A stretch of 64,000 bases of DNA from an uncultured bacterium (GCA_963749495.1 CAVVMW010000006.1:224001-288000), one strand, 5' to 3'. Positions 10,209-20,935 are shown, counted from the stretch's first letter. Made by a program: numbers and translations. Notes: generated by a model from the letters alone, not told the origin.

Positions 10209-10263
10209 GCTCGTGAGCGCGCATCGCCGCGGCGACTCAAGGCGGATCTCGCGGGACCCTCCA

Positions 10264-11305
10264 TCAGTGCTTTATCCAGAAGTTCCAAAAATAAAACCGG
10301 TTTGTCACCGCCGGGTCGGGAAGCGTCTCATCCACAAACACTCCGGTGACAGCATCCAGAAGGAGGACTCTGTTGAACCCAGTTTGTCGAGACGGTACCC
10401 ACAGATTGCAGGCTGTCGGCCGAAAACAGAATCAACCAACCGGTGGGCCACCCGCTGAAAAACAGCAGCACCCGGCGGCCAGGCAACACGTGTGGCCCCC
10501 AAACGCTGGGCGCAGCCAGGGACAGGACCCTCACCGATTTGGACACCGTCTCAACTCCTCGCCGATCCAGCGCCTTGGCGGTGAGCAGAAACTCGCCTTC
10601 CTGCGCATTGGTCCACAGAATGCCGTAGGGCGGACTTGCGGCCGTGCCAACCAGGTTTGAATTCACGAAGTACTGGATCCGGGCGACGTTGTCAGGGTCC
10701 GCCACCGAAGCCTGCACCAGCCGCGAACCAATTAGGCCTGGCCGCACGAACACCGCCATTGGGAAAACGGCGCCATCCACAGGCGAGTTGATCGTGACGG
10801 CCGGTGGCTCGTCCGTGCAGGCGCTGACCGTGATGGTGCCCACGACGCTGAGCCCCACTCCGGACTGCAAGCCAGTCCGATAGGCATAGAACCCTGCGTT
10901 CGTGAAGGTGAACGCGAACGAGTCTCCCGGATTGGGCAGGGCGCCCCTCCATTCGCCTCCGTAGCTCTCGACGTAATTGGTCGCCGGGACGGCTTGTTGA
11001 TTCACCCAGACGACGGTGTCTCCGGCGTTGATGGCGAGGCTCTGCTGATCCCAGGGGTCTCCGAACGCCACCCTGAGGGTCAGGTAGTTTGTGATCGTCG
11101 CAGCGGGGGCGCGCCAGGGTACCAGTGGGAGCTGGAGCACGAGGCAAAGGAAGCAGGTTGCACGCGCTGCCTTCGCCTTCCACGCGTGTACCGCGTGTTC
11201 ACGTCTGGAGGCAGGTGCGGCGCCGTCGGCCGTTGTCGTTCTGGTTCTGCCCCAGGCAGGGCCGCGCGGGATTCGCTCGCATTTCGGAATAGGGTGTGGT
11301 TTCAC
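10264..11305 (-). CDS. paralog B2: secreted cupredoxin-like + Ig-like protein (frameshift near 10360)
   Basis: ORF 10328-11305; homologous end GVFVDETLPDPAVTNRFYFWNFWIKH* in a shifted frame ending at 10264. Confidence 0.75.
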
Positions 11306-11323
11306 AGGTGGATGGTGCCCACG

Positions 11324-11440
11324 CTAATATTTCACCCTTTCGACGTAAATGTCCATCTGCCAGGTGGGATTAGCATAAGGCGGGCAGTCCGGGTTATCGC
11401 CGGTGCTGGTGGAATTGTCCGCCCAGGCCGGATAGAAATA
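11324..11440 (-). pseudogene. orphan 3' fragment of gene A (A'), 38 codons
   Basis: YFYPAWADNSTSTGDNPDCPPYANPTWQMDIYVERVKY*, nearly identical to the end of A''. Confidence 0.85.
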
Positions 11441-11449
11441 GACACCGCG

Positions 11450-12363
11450 TCACCTGCCGAAGGCCATAAAGTAGAAGCGCGCCGGCACTGTGCCTCCGCG
11501 TACGGTCTCGTCCACGTACACGCCCGGTTGTATGACCGTAAAAGCAAACACGTCGTTGGTGGCCCCCCTCAGCCTCTCGGTGGCGGCAAGGAGCACCACC
11601 GTCCTGGAGTTGATGCCGTCGTGGAAAAACAGCATTTCGCCCGTCGGCAGCCGCCTGGGGCCCGCACCGGCAGGTATGGGACGAAGGTGATGTTGACGGG
11701 CGCGGACGATAGGACCACCCCGTTCTTATCAATGGCCTTGGCCACGAGCGCGTACGTGCCGTCATGCGGGCCGAACCATGGAACCCAAAAAGGGGCCATG
11801 GACCCGGCCGTTCCGATGCCGATGAGGTTTGTGCGTACATAGTACCTGGATCTGCACGATATCCTCCGCATTCGTCACCGAGGCCTGCACCCCGTCCGGC
11901 TCACTGTAGAAAACGGAGCCGTCTAACGGCGTAATGATCGTCACAGCGGGCGGCGCGCCTGTCCATGCGTCCACCGTGATCGTTCCGGGCATCAACTGCC
12001 CCGGGCCACAAGCCACCCCGGTGCGGTAGGCGTAAAAGCCCGCGTTGGTGAAAGTGAACGAGAAGGAGTCGCCGGGGTTCAGCGTAGGGCTGCTCCACTC
12101 GCCTCCATAGCTCTGGACGTAATTGGCTCCGGCCTTGTTCAGCCACACGACCGTGTCCCCCACGTTGATTCTCAGGGAATACTGCGACCAGCAAAGGTAC
12201 CCGAGAGGCCCAGGCCGAGGAAGTTAGTGATGGTCGCAGCAGCCGCGCCCCCGCGCAACCCCACGAGCGTGAGCGCGAGCAGGAAGACCGGCAAGGCGGC
12301 CCTCCGCTCGGCCCCCCTGGCAAATCGGGCGCATCGTTGCGCCACAGAACAATCAGGTCTCAT
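11450..12363 (-). CDS. paralog B1: secreted cupredoxin-like + Ig-like protein, broken by three frameshifts (pseudogene or read errors)
   Basis: Four consecutive ORF pieces: signal+ATITNFL; GDTVVWLN...FTFTNAGFYAYRTG; YALVAKAIDKNG; VYVDE...ARFYFM. Confidence 0.7.
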
Positions 12364-12414
12364 AAACTAATTTACCCTCCGCGGGGTTTCCCGCGGTCCA
12401 GGCCATTGACAGGC

Positions 12415-15367
12415 TCAGTATTTTACCCTGCTGACTAAGATGTCCATCCCGTTGGTGCCGTCCTTGTTGTAGGGCGGGTTGTTCGAATTGTCGGCCCACG
12501 CGGAGTAGAAATACCCGCCGTAATATGCCAAGCCCGTGTAGTCATAATAATCCACGTACTGCGCTGAATAGTGCGGTGGGGGGCATAGGACCACAACTGG
12601 GTCATTCGTCGCGCACGATTGCCCCGGCTCCAGGGCAATGTTCGAGGACCAGTGGAGGCCGCCATCGGAACTTACCGCGGCGTAGAATTTGGTCTTGACG
12701 TTATTGGGGTCGTCACGGCAGTCGTACCAACTCGCAGCGACTTTCCCACTGGTCTGATCGAGGGCTATGCGCGGGTCGAAGTGGGTTGCCGTTGCGTTTG
12801 TCGCGTTGACTTGAACCGGAGCACTCCAGGTCGTGCCGGAATCGCCAGAATATATCACAAAAGTGTTCAGGTTGTTTGTCGCGTTAGCGGGGCGATCGGT
12901 ATAAACCATGTAGAGGCGCCCGCTATATTGGCCGCCCGTGCGATCCCACGCCAGGCCGGGCTCGACATCGCACCCGCGGTTGGGGGCCGCGGGCGGGGTT
13001 TGGTACTCTCCGGCGTTGCTCGTGACGTTCGTCCAGATGTGGGGGAAATTCGTGTAGTTGGCCAAGCCGTTGGGGTTAACGCTGATGCCCACGGAAGTTG
13101 GGCCGTTGTTGCGGCCACATTGGCACACGACGGCGACCTGACCCGTGGGCCCGATGGCGATGTCCCCGTAGGTGAAGCTGTCAGTGCCTGGAACGAGGCA
13201 AAGCGGCGTCCAATTGCCGACTTGGCCAAGGCCGGCCACCGCAGCCCCGGCGACAACCGAACCCGTGCGAAAGAAATCGTAAGCCGTCAGCCAGACGGAG
13301 GACGGTGCGGTTGACCCGCCAGGACCGGTGGTGATCGTCGGCTGATCCAGCAGGTGGCCGGAGTCCGAGAAATTGGTAATACTGGTAAAACTGTTGCCGC
13401 CGTTCGTGCTCACAACCACCGCGATTCCCCATGACAGGCCATTATCGCAAACATCGCTGTTGGTGATGTAGCTCACGAACAAATTTCCGAACCGGTCGAA
13501 TGCGGCCGAAGGATCACAGAATGAATTTGTGAAGACGTACGTCGCCCAGTTGGTTCCGCCGTTGGTCGAAGTCATTCCGATAACCCCGTGGGTATTATCG
13601 CCGGGGCCATTAGCGGCGACGAAGATGTTTAGAGGGTTCACGGGGTTCACGGTAATGGCCGGTTCGCCCTCGATGCCGGACATTTGGGAGGCGTCGGCCA
13701 GATTCAGCTCGTTGGGCGTGCCGCAATCGGCGGTCATGGAGCCGGAGACGGTGCCGGCATGGGTTGAGACTGGGGTGGCTACGTTGCAATATGTGTCGCC
13801 CGACAGATACAGGGTGTCGCTGGGCATGTTGACGTAAAGCCCGATGCTGCAGTCCTCAAACGTCGAGGAATAAACCGCGGCGTTGTTGCTGCCGGGGTTT
13901 GCGTCGCACTCGATGGCATATTGGGCCCATCGGAACAGGGCATTCTGCACGGTGACCATCGTGCCGTTGTAATAGAGCCAGAGCGCCTGGCTTGCCGCGT
14001 AATGCGGAGCCGCTGCGCTATTGGTGATAACGTTCCCGTAGGCGTTGTCGTCGGCGGAGGTGAAGATCACGGGCGCCCCGCTGCTGGGGAAGCTCACCGG
14101 CCCGTAGGCGATGAGCCAGACGTTGCTGGCGAATTTGAGGCAGGCGTTGTTCTGGAAGGTGGCTGTGCCCGGCCCCTGGTAAAAGTTGCCGCTGATGTGA
14201 TAGGTCGTCCCGTTGGTGAAGGTATAGGAGCTGGCGCTCCCGGACAGCGTGACATAGTCGAGCACAACCCCAGGAGGTCGGTAGCGACCGGAGGCGAGCA
14301 CGATCGGGTGGTCCCGCCAAGTGCGGCCTGCTGGCGCGGGCAGCAGTTGGCCGCGGGCGGCCAACTCCACGGCCTTCGGGCTGGTTGGCGAGAGCGAGGC
14401 GTGGGAGAGCCCCCGGAAGGAAGACAGCAGATCGGCATAATTGATCTCTTCGACGAGCACCTTCTGACCGGCGATGGTGACGAGGCTCTTGGCCGTCGGA
14501 ACGGAATTGGTATCCGAGGGACTCACCGGCCGGACAGTGGCGGCTTGGCCGTGGGGCGGCAGGGGCGCGGCACCGAAGGCGAACGCCGCGCCGACGGGGA
14601 ACCAACACTCGTTGAAGATCAGGATATGGTCCACCAAACCGGAGCCGAGGACGGCCGGCCGCTCCTCCACTGGATCGGGCCATTGGTCAAGGGCCGTCCA
14701 CATCTGGAGACGGCAGGTGGCGCTCGACAGGCCGAAGGACTCCGGAGGCGGAGGGGCCTGCTTGAGCACCAGGTTCTGCTCGAAACCGTTCTTGGCCCAG
14801 ACCAGCATCAGGTCGGCAGCCGGGCTGGACAAGACATTGGTGAAGACGATCACATTGGGCGCATAAAGGAGCCCCGGGCTAGGCTGGACCAGACCTATTT
14901 GGGCGACCTTGCCCGAGGCCGAGTCCGAGTAATAGAGGCCGACGGGATGGGACTGGAAAAGTTGGCCGGACGGCGTGGTCAAGGTGATCGCGCCGGCAAC
15001 GGTGATGTCGCCGCTGAAGTTGGCCGTCACCTGGCCATGGACGGCTTGCGCCCCGGTGGGGGTGGGCTCGATGAGGTCCTGGGATTCGGCCCATTGGCCC
15101 TGGGCGCCGTTGGCCACCCAATAATTCATGCCGTCGCCCAGTTCGGTATATCCCTGGACTTGCGGCGTGACCTCGCCGGTGAGGCTGTCGGTGACCATCA
15201 CGGTGCGCTGCCATACCCGGTAATATGGGCCGAGGTCGGTCACGGTGTAGGGCGGGTTGGAGGAGTCCTGGGCGGAGGCGGGCAGGGCGGCCAGCATCAA
15301 GCCGGCGGCGCAGGAGATTACAAAGCCAAGGTTACGTTTTCTGCGGGGGGGGGGGTAGAGCTCTCAT
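12415..15367 (-). CDS. gene A: large secreted protein with uncharacterised N-terminal domain, beta-rich middle and C-terminal BNR/Asp-box (sialidase-like) propeller; ATG at 15367 is out of frame by one base in a C11 tract
   Basis: 961-aa ORF with Asp-boxes STNGGTNW, STNGGNSF, SGDSGTTW, SSDGGLHW; a signal peptide MRALPPPRRKRNLGFVISCAAGLMLAALPASA is restored with C10. Confidence 0.75.
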
Positions 15368-15467
15368 AGTCACAAACTCACGGTCAACGGACAATCACAA
15401 ACATTCACTAACATTCCGAACATGCGTAGCTTATGGTAGTTGCCGCAGCGGTCAAGACCTTTTTTGT

Positions 15468-15521
15468 GACATTGCGGTGACGCGCGACCTCATCCGCAAC
15501 GGGCAGATCCTCCAGATCAAT
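15468..15521 (+). pseudogene. degenerate duplicate of part of the radC 3' region
   Basis: Encodes DIAVTRDLIRNGQILQIN versus NIAVTRNLIRAGQLLKIN at 7198-7251. Confidence 0.7.
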
Positions 15522-15570
15522 GGTACCACCACGGCATGAACGGCGAGGCCCAACGCTGGCATGCTTGACG

Positions 15571-15792
15571 CATCCCGAAGGGATCGGAATCACTCAGCCC
15601 AGGGTTGCCCCGCCCTTTCGCAAGAAAGGGCGGGGCTACCCTGGGTGAGCCGCCGCAATCGCCCGCAACCCTGAAAGGGTTGCATCGCTGCTGCTGAAAC
15701 CCTTTCAGGGTTTGAGCGTTTGGTGGCGTGACACCCAGGGTAGCGCGGTCCGCGCAACCCTGGGCTGAGTGATGGCAAGCCCTTCGGGCTAC
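15571..15792. repeat. REP-like inverted doublet (CAGCCCAGGGTTG family)
   Basis: Nested palindromes; its right arm is the reverse complement of an element similar to 4221-4333. Confidence 0.7.
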
Positions 15793-16140
15793 TGAGTTGG
15801 TGACCCGCGGCTCAGTCTCCGGTGGCGGCACCGGCCAGATGCGCCCGGTGCGCGTCAGTGCTGTCCCAAAACCTCGGCTAAGGAATCCTCTTGTGGCAGA
15901 TATACAGGGAGAATCGGACCTGCTCAGTTTCCGTGCCCATCGAGAGAAAATGAAGAACCACGGAATACAGGGAATACACGGAAAGAAGGCCGTCTTCCGT
16001 GTATTCCGTGTATTCCGTGGTTTAAAAATCGTTAGAGGAGGATTTGGGGCTCTGGTCCTCTCTTGACGGCCTGGCGGGGCGAATCCAAGCTTGGCTCCCA
16101 CAGGTTGACCCGCTCGGTGTGAGCGATGATTTTAAGACGT

Positions 16141-19044
16141 ATGAAGAATGCACATAACCTATTTGACACGTTGCGGGAATTCGAGCTCGGCGGCGGGGGG
16201 CGGGGGAGCTTCTATTCGCTGCCGCGGCTGGAACAGGCGGGGGTCGGGGCGGTATCCGCGCTGCCGGTCTCGATTCGGCTGGTGCTCGAGTCGGTGTTGC
16301 GCAACTGTGACGGGCGGCGGGTGACGGAGCAGAACGTGCGGGCGCTGGCCAATTGGAAGCCCGGCGCCCGGCGCACCGAGGAGATCCCGTTCGTGGTGGC
16401 GCGCATCGTCCTGCAGGATTTCACCGGCGTGCCGTTGCTGGTGGACCTGGCGGCGATGCGCTCGGCGGTGGCGCGGCTGGGCAAGGACCCGGGGCTGGTC
16501 GAGCCGCTGGTGCCGGTGGACCTGGTGGTGGACCACTCGGTCCAGGTGGATTTCTTCGGGACGCCCGAGGCCATGCAGCAAAACCTGGAGATGGAGTTTC
16601 GCCGCAACGGCGAGCGTTACCAATTCCTGAAATGGGGGATGCAGGCCTTCGACACCTTCAAGGTCGTCCCGCCCGGCATCGGCATCGTTCACCAGGTCAA
16701 CCTCGAGTACCTGGCCAAAGGCGTGTTGTCCTGTCCCTCGACCCCCGCCCCTCGTCCCTCGTCCCTCGCCCCTCGTCCCTCGTCCCTTTATTACGCGGAC
16801 ACGCTGGTGGGCACCGACTCCCATACTACGATGATCAATGGGCTGGGCATCGTCGGCTGGGGCGTCGGGGGCATCGAAGCCGAGGCGGGGATGCTGGGGC
16901 AGCCGGTCTATTTGCTGGCGCCGGACGTGGTGGGGGTTTGCCTGACCGGCTCATTGCGCGAGGGGGTCACCGCCACCGACCTCGCCTTGACGGTCACCCA
17001 GTTGCTGCGCCAGGCCAAGGTCGTGGGCAAGTTCGTCGAGTTCCACGGCCCCGGCGCTGCCGCGCTGCCGGTCGTGGACCGGGCGACCATTGCCAACATG
17101 GCGCCCGAATACGGGGCGACGATGGGGTTCTTTCCCATCGATGCGGAGTGCGTGAATTACCTCCGCGCCACCGGCCGCAGCCCGGAGCACTGCCAGACCT
17201 ACGAGAATTATTACCGGGCGCAGGGCCTGTTCGGCATGCCGGCCAAGGGCCAAATCAAGTACTCGGCCGAACTGGAACTGGACCTTGGCACAGTCGTGCC
17301 CAGCGTGGCCGGACCGCGCCGGCCCCAGGATCGGATCGAGCTGCCCAAGCTCAAGCACGAGTTCCAGGCCGCCTTGGTCCGGCCCATTGCCGAAAACGGT
17401 TTCGGCAAGCGCGCGGAGGACCTGGAAAAGGGCTTCGCCGTTGCGGTGTGCGATGGTTTTGCGCCAGGCGGCGGCAGCCAGGAACCGGCGTCGCCCACCC
17501 AGGCACAGGCCCGCAATACCAACGCCTTCACCGAACTGGAGATGGCCAACAACCGGCCGACCCCCCACTCGGCCACCGCCACCACGCGCCAATGCGACGC
17601 GCGGATTCGCCACGGCAGCGTCCTGATAGCGGCGATTACCAGTTGCACCAATACCAGCAATCCCTCCGTGATGCTGGCGGCGGGGCTGCTGGCCAAAAAG
17701 GCGGTCGAGCGCGGCCTCCAGGTCAACCCCCTGGTCAAAACCTCCCTGGCCCCCGGCTCGCGCGTGGTCAGCGATTACCTGGCCAGGACCGGTTTGCAGA
17801 AATACCTGGACCAACTCGGCTTCAACCTCGTCGGCTACGGCTGCACGACGTGCATCGGCAACTCGGGCCCACTGCCCGCACCCGTGGATGAGGCGATCGC
17901 CAAGTACGACCTCGTCGCCGCCGCCGTTCTCTCCGGCAACCGCAATTTCGAGGCCCGCATCCATCAGAACATCAAGGCCAACTTCCTCATGTCCCCGCCG
18001 CTGGTCGTCGCCTTTGCCCTCGCGGGACGGGTGGACATCGACCTGGCCAGCGAACCGATCGGCAAGGGAAAGGACGGACTCGAGGTCTTCCTGAAGGACA
18101 TTTGGCCGACCTTGCAGGAGGTGCGCGACCTGGCACAGTCCGCACTCAAGCCGGAGGTCTTCCGCCAGCTTTACCGCGACTTCGCAGCCCAGAATCCCAA
18201 GTGGAACGAGATCCCCGCCCCGGCCGGCGGCGTCTTCCAGTGGGACCCTGCCAGCACCTACATCCAGGAACCGCCGTTCTTTGCCCATTTCGGCCTCCAA
18301 CCCGGGAAAATCGGCGAAATCAAAGGCGCGCGCGCCCTCGCCATCTTCGGCGACAGCGTCACCACCGACCACATCTCGCCCGCCGGCAGCATCAAGAAGA
18401 GCGCGCCAGCCGGCAAGTACCTGCTCGAACACGGAGTGGCGTTCGAGGACTTCAACAGCTACGGTTCACGCCGGGGCAACGACCGCGTCATGACGCGCGG
18501 CACCTTTGCCAACGTGCGCATCAAGAGCCTCATGGTGCCCGGCACCGAGGGCGGGGTGACCCGGTGCTTTGCCCGGGCCTGTCCCGGCGCCCCGGGCGAG
18601 GCGGTTGCTATCTATGACGCCGCCATGGCCTACCAGAAAGAGGGCACGCCGCTGCTGGTGATTGCCGGCCAGGAGTATGGCACGGGCAGCTCCCGCGACT
18701 GGGCCGCCAAGGGCACCGCCCTCCTGGGCGTCAAAGGTGTCGTCGCCCAAAGCTACGAGCGCATCCACCGCTCGAACCTCGTCGGCATGGGCGTGCTGCC
18801 GCTCCAGTTCAAGGAAGGCGCCGGTGCGCTCGCGCTCAAGTTGGACGGCGCCGAGACCTACGATGTCCTGGGGCTGGGTCCCGGGCTCAAGCCGCAGCAG
18901 GAGTTGACGCTGGGCATCACGCGCGCCAACGGCCAGACCCAGACCGTTCCCGTCACCTGCCGCATCGATACGCCCATCGAGGTCGAGTATTACCAGCACG
19001 GCGGCATTCTTCCCTACGTGCTCCGTCAATTGGTCGCGCGGTGA
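16141..19044 (+). CDS. acnA: aconitate hydratase A
   Basis: [61 protein letters not shown]. Confidence 0.98.
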   Translation: MKNAHNLFDTLREFELGGGGRGSFYSLPRLEQAGVGAVSALPVSIRLVLESVLRNCDGRRVTEQNVRALANWKPGARRTEEIPFVVARIVLQDFTGVPLLVDLAAMRSAVARLGKDPGLVEPLVPVDLVVDHSVQVDFFGTPEAMQQNLEMEFRRNGERYQFLKWGMQAFDTFKVVPPGIGIVHQVNLEYLAKGVLSCPSTPAPRPSSLAPRPSSLYYADTLVGTDSHTTMINGLGIVGWGVGGIEAEAGMLGQPVYLLAPDVVGVCLTGSLREGVTATDLALTVTQLLRQAKVVGKFVEFHGPGAAALPVVDRATIANMAPEYGATMGFFPIDAECVNYLRATGRSPEHCQTYENYYRAQGLFGMPAKGQIKYSAELELDLGTVVPSVAGPRRPQDRIELPKLKHEFQAALVRPIAENGFGKRAEDLEKGFAVAVCDGFAPGGGSQEPASPTQAQARNTNAFTELEMANNRPTPHSATATTRQCDARIRHGSVLIAAITSCTNTSNPSVMLAAGLLAKKAVERGLQVNPLVKTSLAPGSRVVSDYLARTGLQKYLDQLGFNLVGYGCTTCIGNSGPLPAPVDEAIAKYDLVAAAVLSGNRNFEARIHQNIKANFLMSPPLVVAFALAGRVDIDLASEPIGKGKDGLEVFLKDIWPTLQEVRDLAQSALKPEVFRQLYRDFAAQNPKWNEIPAPAGGVFQWDPASTYIQEPPFFAHFGLQPGKIGEIKGARALAIFGDSVTTDHISPAGSIKKSAPAGKYLLEHGVAFEDFNSYGSRRGNDRVMTRGTFANVRIKSLMVPGTEGGVTRCFARACPGAPGEAVAIYDAAMAYQKEGTPLLVIAGQEYGTGSSRDWAAKGTALLGVKGVVAQSYERIHRSNLVGMGVLPLQFKEGAGALALKLDGAETYDVLGLGPGLKPQQELTLGITRANGQTQTVPVTCRIDTPIEVEYYQHGGILPYVLRQLVAR

Positions 19045-19089
19045 GGCGGGGTGCAACTCGGAGGGTTGCCGGGGCGGAGGCGGCCTCGA

Positions 19090-19227
19090 AGCTTGCGCCT
19101 CCACGACCTCACCCACCGCGACGAACGGCACAAACACCGCGAAATCATCCAATCGCGCCACCCCTTCGCCCCCGAAGGCGATGGCGCAAATCGTCAAAGT
19201 CAGTTTGTCGCCGATGCCAAGAGACAC
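19090..19227 (-). pseudogene. 5' (TRAM-domain) fragment of an RlmD/TrmA-family RNA methyltransferase
   Basis: GDKLTLTICAIAFGGEGVARLDDFAVFVPFVAVGEVVEA, after which homology stops. Confidence 0.65.
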
Positions 19228-19500
19228 ACCGGGGCGGTAGTGCCGCCGGCGAGCGAACAAAAGGCGTTTCTTGCGGCTGCAAAGACGGAGGGTGTGGGAC
19301 AGAATTCTTCTTGGACCTCCGGATCGCAGACCTCAGTTGATCCGGGCCTTCGATCCTTCGTTTCCTTCGTTTCCTTCTGTTCTTTTCCTACGCCCCGCCG
19401 GGTAGCCACAGGCACCGAACAGAAGGGAACGAAGGAAACGAAGATGCGGCCTGACGCGGCGCCGACGTATCGACGCTACGCGGGTGAGGACCGGGCGTTC

Positions 19501-20247
19501 TCACTGTGCCCGCGTCCGGTAGAACCGGCGCGGCGAGTTTGGCGGGAGGGGGTCGCTGAAGTAAAACGGGCTGGCGCCGACGGTGTTGGTGACCAGGTCC
19601 GTCCAGTTGACCAGGTCGGTCGAGGTCTCTACGACCACAACCTGGCCGGCGCCCGCGCTGACATCGAAGCCGAAGCGGTTCGAGCGGACACCGAAGCTGC
19701 CATCGTTGAGCAGGATGCTCGGGGGCGCCGGTGCCGCGTAAGCGGTAAAGGCAAGTGTGCGGATACAAATCGCCCCGGCGGCGTTGGTGGCTTCGAGCCG
19801 GAAGACATACAAATCCGCCACATCGGGCGTGAAGGTGGGGTTGCGGACGTTCGCGGCCGAGAGTGCAGCCGATGAAGCGGACGGCTCCCGGATGAGGCGC
19901 CACTGCCAGGCCACGGCGGTTTGCGGGCTGGTGTCCAGTTTGCGCAATTGCCCGACCGGCCCGACAGCCAGGTCAATCGTCGGCGCATCCGGGCAGGCGA
20001 CACCGCCAATCCGAATCGTGCTGTTGTAGGTGTCTGCCACATAGACGTTGCCCGCGCTGTCCACCGCTACGCCGCGTGGGTAGTAGAACCGCGCCGCGCT
20101 GCCTGTGCCGTCGGCGCTGCCCGAGCCTCCCGCCAGGCCCGCCAGCGTGGTGAAGGTGTATTCCTGGGCTGTGGCCTGACTCGTCGCCGCCATGGCCAGG
20201 GCGGCCAGGAACACGGACGCTGATAGACTCGTCGGGATGCTTTTCAT
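19501..20247 (-). CDS. secreted protein with a single NHL repeat, a PKD-like segment and C-terminal RFYR tail
   Basis: Signal MKSIPTSLSASVFLAALAMAA; ADGTGSAARFYYPRGVAVDSAGNVYVADTYNSTIR; STDLVNW...FSDP...RRFYR. Confidence 0.75.
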   Translation of the reverse strand: MKSIPTSLSASVFLAALAMAATSQATAQEYTFTTLAGLAGGSGSADGTGSAARFYYPRGVAVDSAGNVYVADTYNSTIRIGGVACPDAPTIDLAVGPVGQLRKLDTSPQTAVAWQWRLIREPSASSAALSAANVRNPTFTPDVADLYVFRLEATNAAGAICIRTLAFTAYAAPAPPSILLNDGSFGVRSNRFGFDVSAGAGQVVVVETSTDLVNWTDLVTNTVGASPFYFSDPLPPNSPRRFYRTRAQ

Positions 20248-20276
20248 GGGACGGCTAAGGGTTGAGGGGCGAGAGA

Positions 20277-20306
20277 AATGACGAATGACGAATGACGAAT
20301 GACGAA
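20277..20306. repeat. heptamer array (ATGACGA)n; also at 28677-28705 (reverse), 57599-57639, 61078-61105
   Basis: Direct reading. Confidence 0.9.
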
Positions 20307-20699
20307 GGGGGGAACTCCACATGCTGCGAAAACCCGGGACGGAGGTTCGGGGATGGGCCAGCGGGGGTGCGGGGCGTGGGGGGGCGAGGCAAAGGGGCGC
20401 GGCATTCCCCTGTGCAGCGGGAGCCTGGTCAGTTTCCCAGACCTCGTTGTGGCCCGGTCCCTGCAATGCCCACGCGCGTTCATTTGCCGCCCGAGGGGCG
20501 CCCTCCGCCAACAAAGCCAAGGGGCAGGCGGCGCCTGGCTCGGCCCACTACTCTACTACTACTGGCTTGTGGCAACGAGAAAAGAGGAAAACGTGGACCT
20601 TGTCAATGCATTCCCGCCCGCCGGGATGAGATGGGGCGCATTTGGGCAGTACCACCAACCGGGCGGAAAACGAAAGGGCGCAACCCGGGCGCGCAGGGT

Positions 20700-20935
20700 T
20701 CATCCCGGAGGGATGAAAGACGGTAGCCGGGGGTCGAAGCGTGGCGAGACCCCCGGTTGGGCGGCGATGTGGGTCTGCATCCCGGAGGGATGCCAGAAGG
20801 CCACTTGCTGCATGCGTCCGGGCTTCTGGCACCCCGTTCCGGGGTGCTGGCCCTTCTGGCTCTGAACCGGGGGTCGCGCCGACGCCGCGACCCCCGGCTA
20901 CCATCTGGCAACCCGCCGGGTTGCCCCGAGGCCCG
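20700..20935. repeat. REP-like palindromic cluster (CATCCCGGAGGGATG family)
   Basis: Repeated CATCCCGGAGGGATG and CCGGGGGTCG...ACCCCCGG hairpins. Confidence 0.6.

Noticed and set aside
7458..15367. Diversity-generating retroelement as explanation for the duplicated A tails
   Set aside because: No reverse transcriptase in the window, and the differences between tails include indels and are not adenine-specific.
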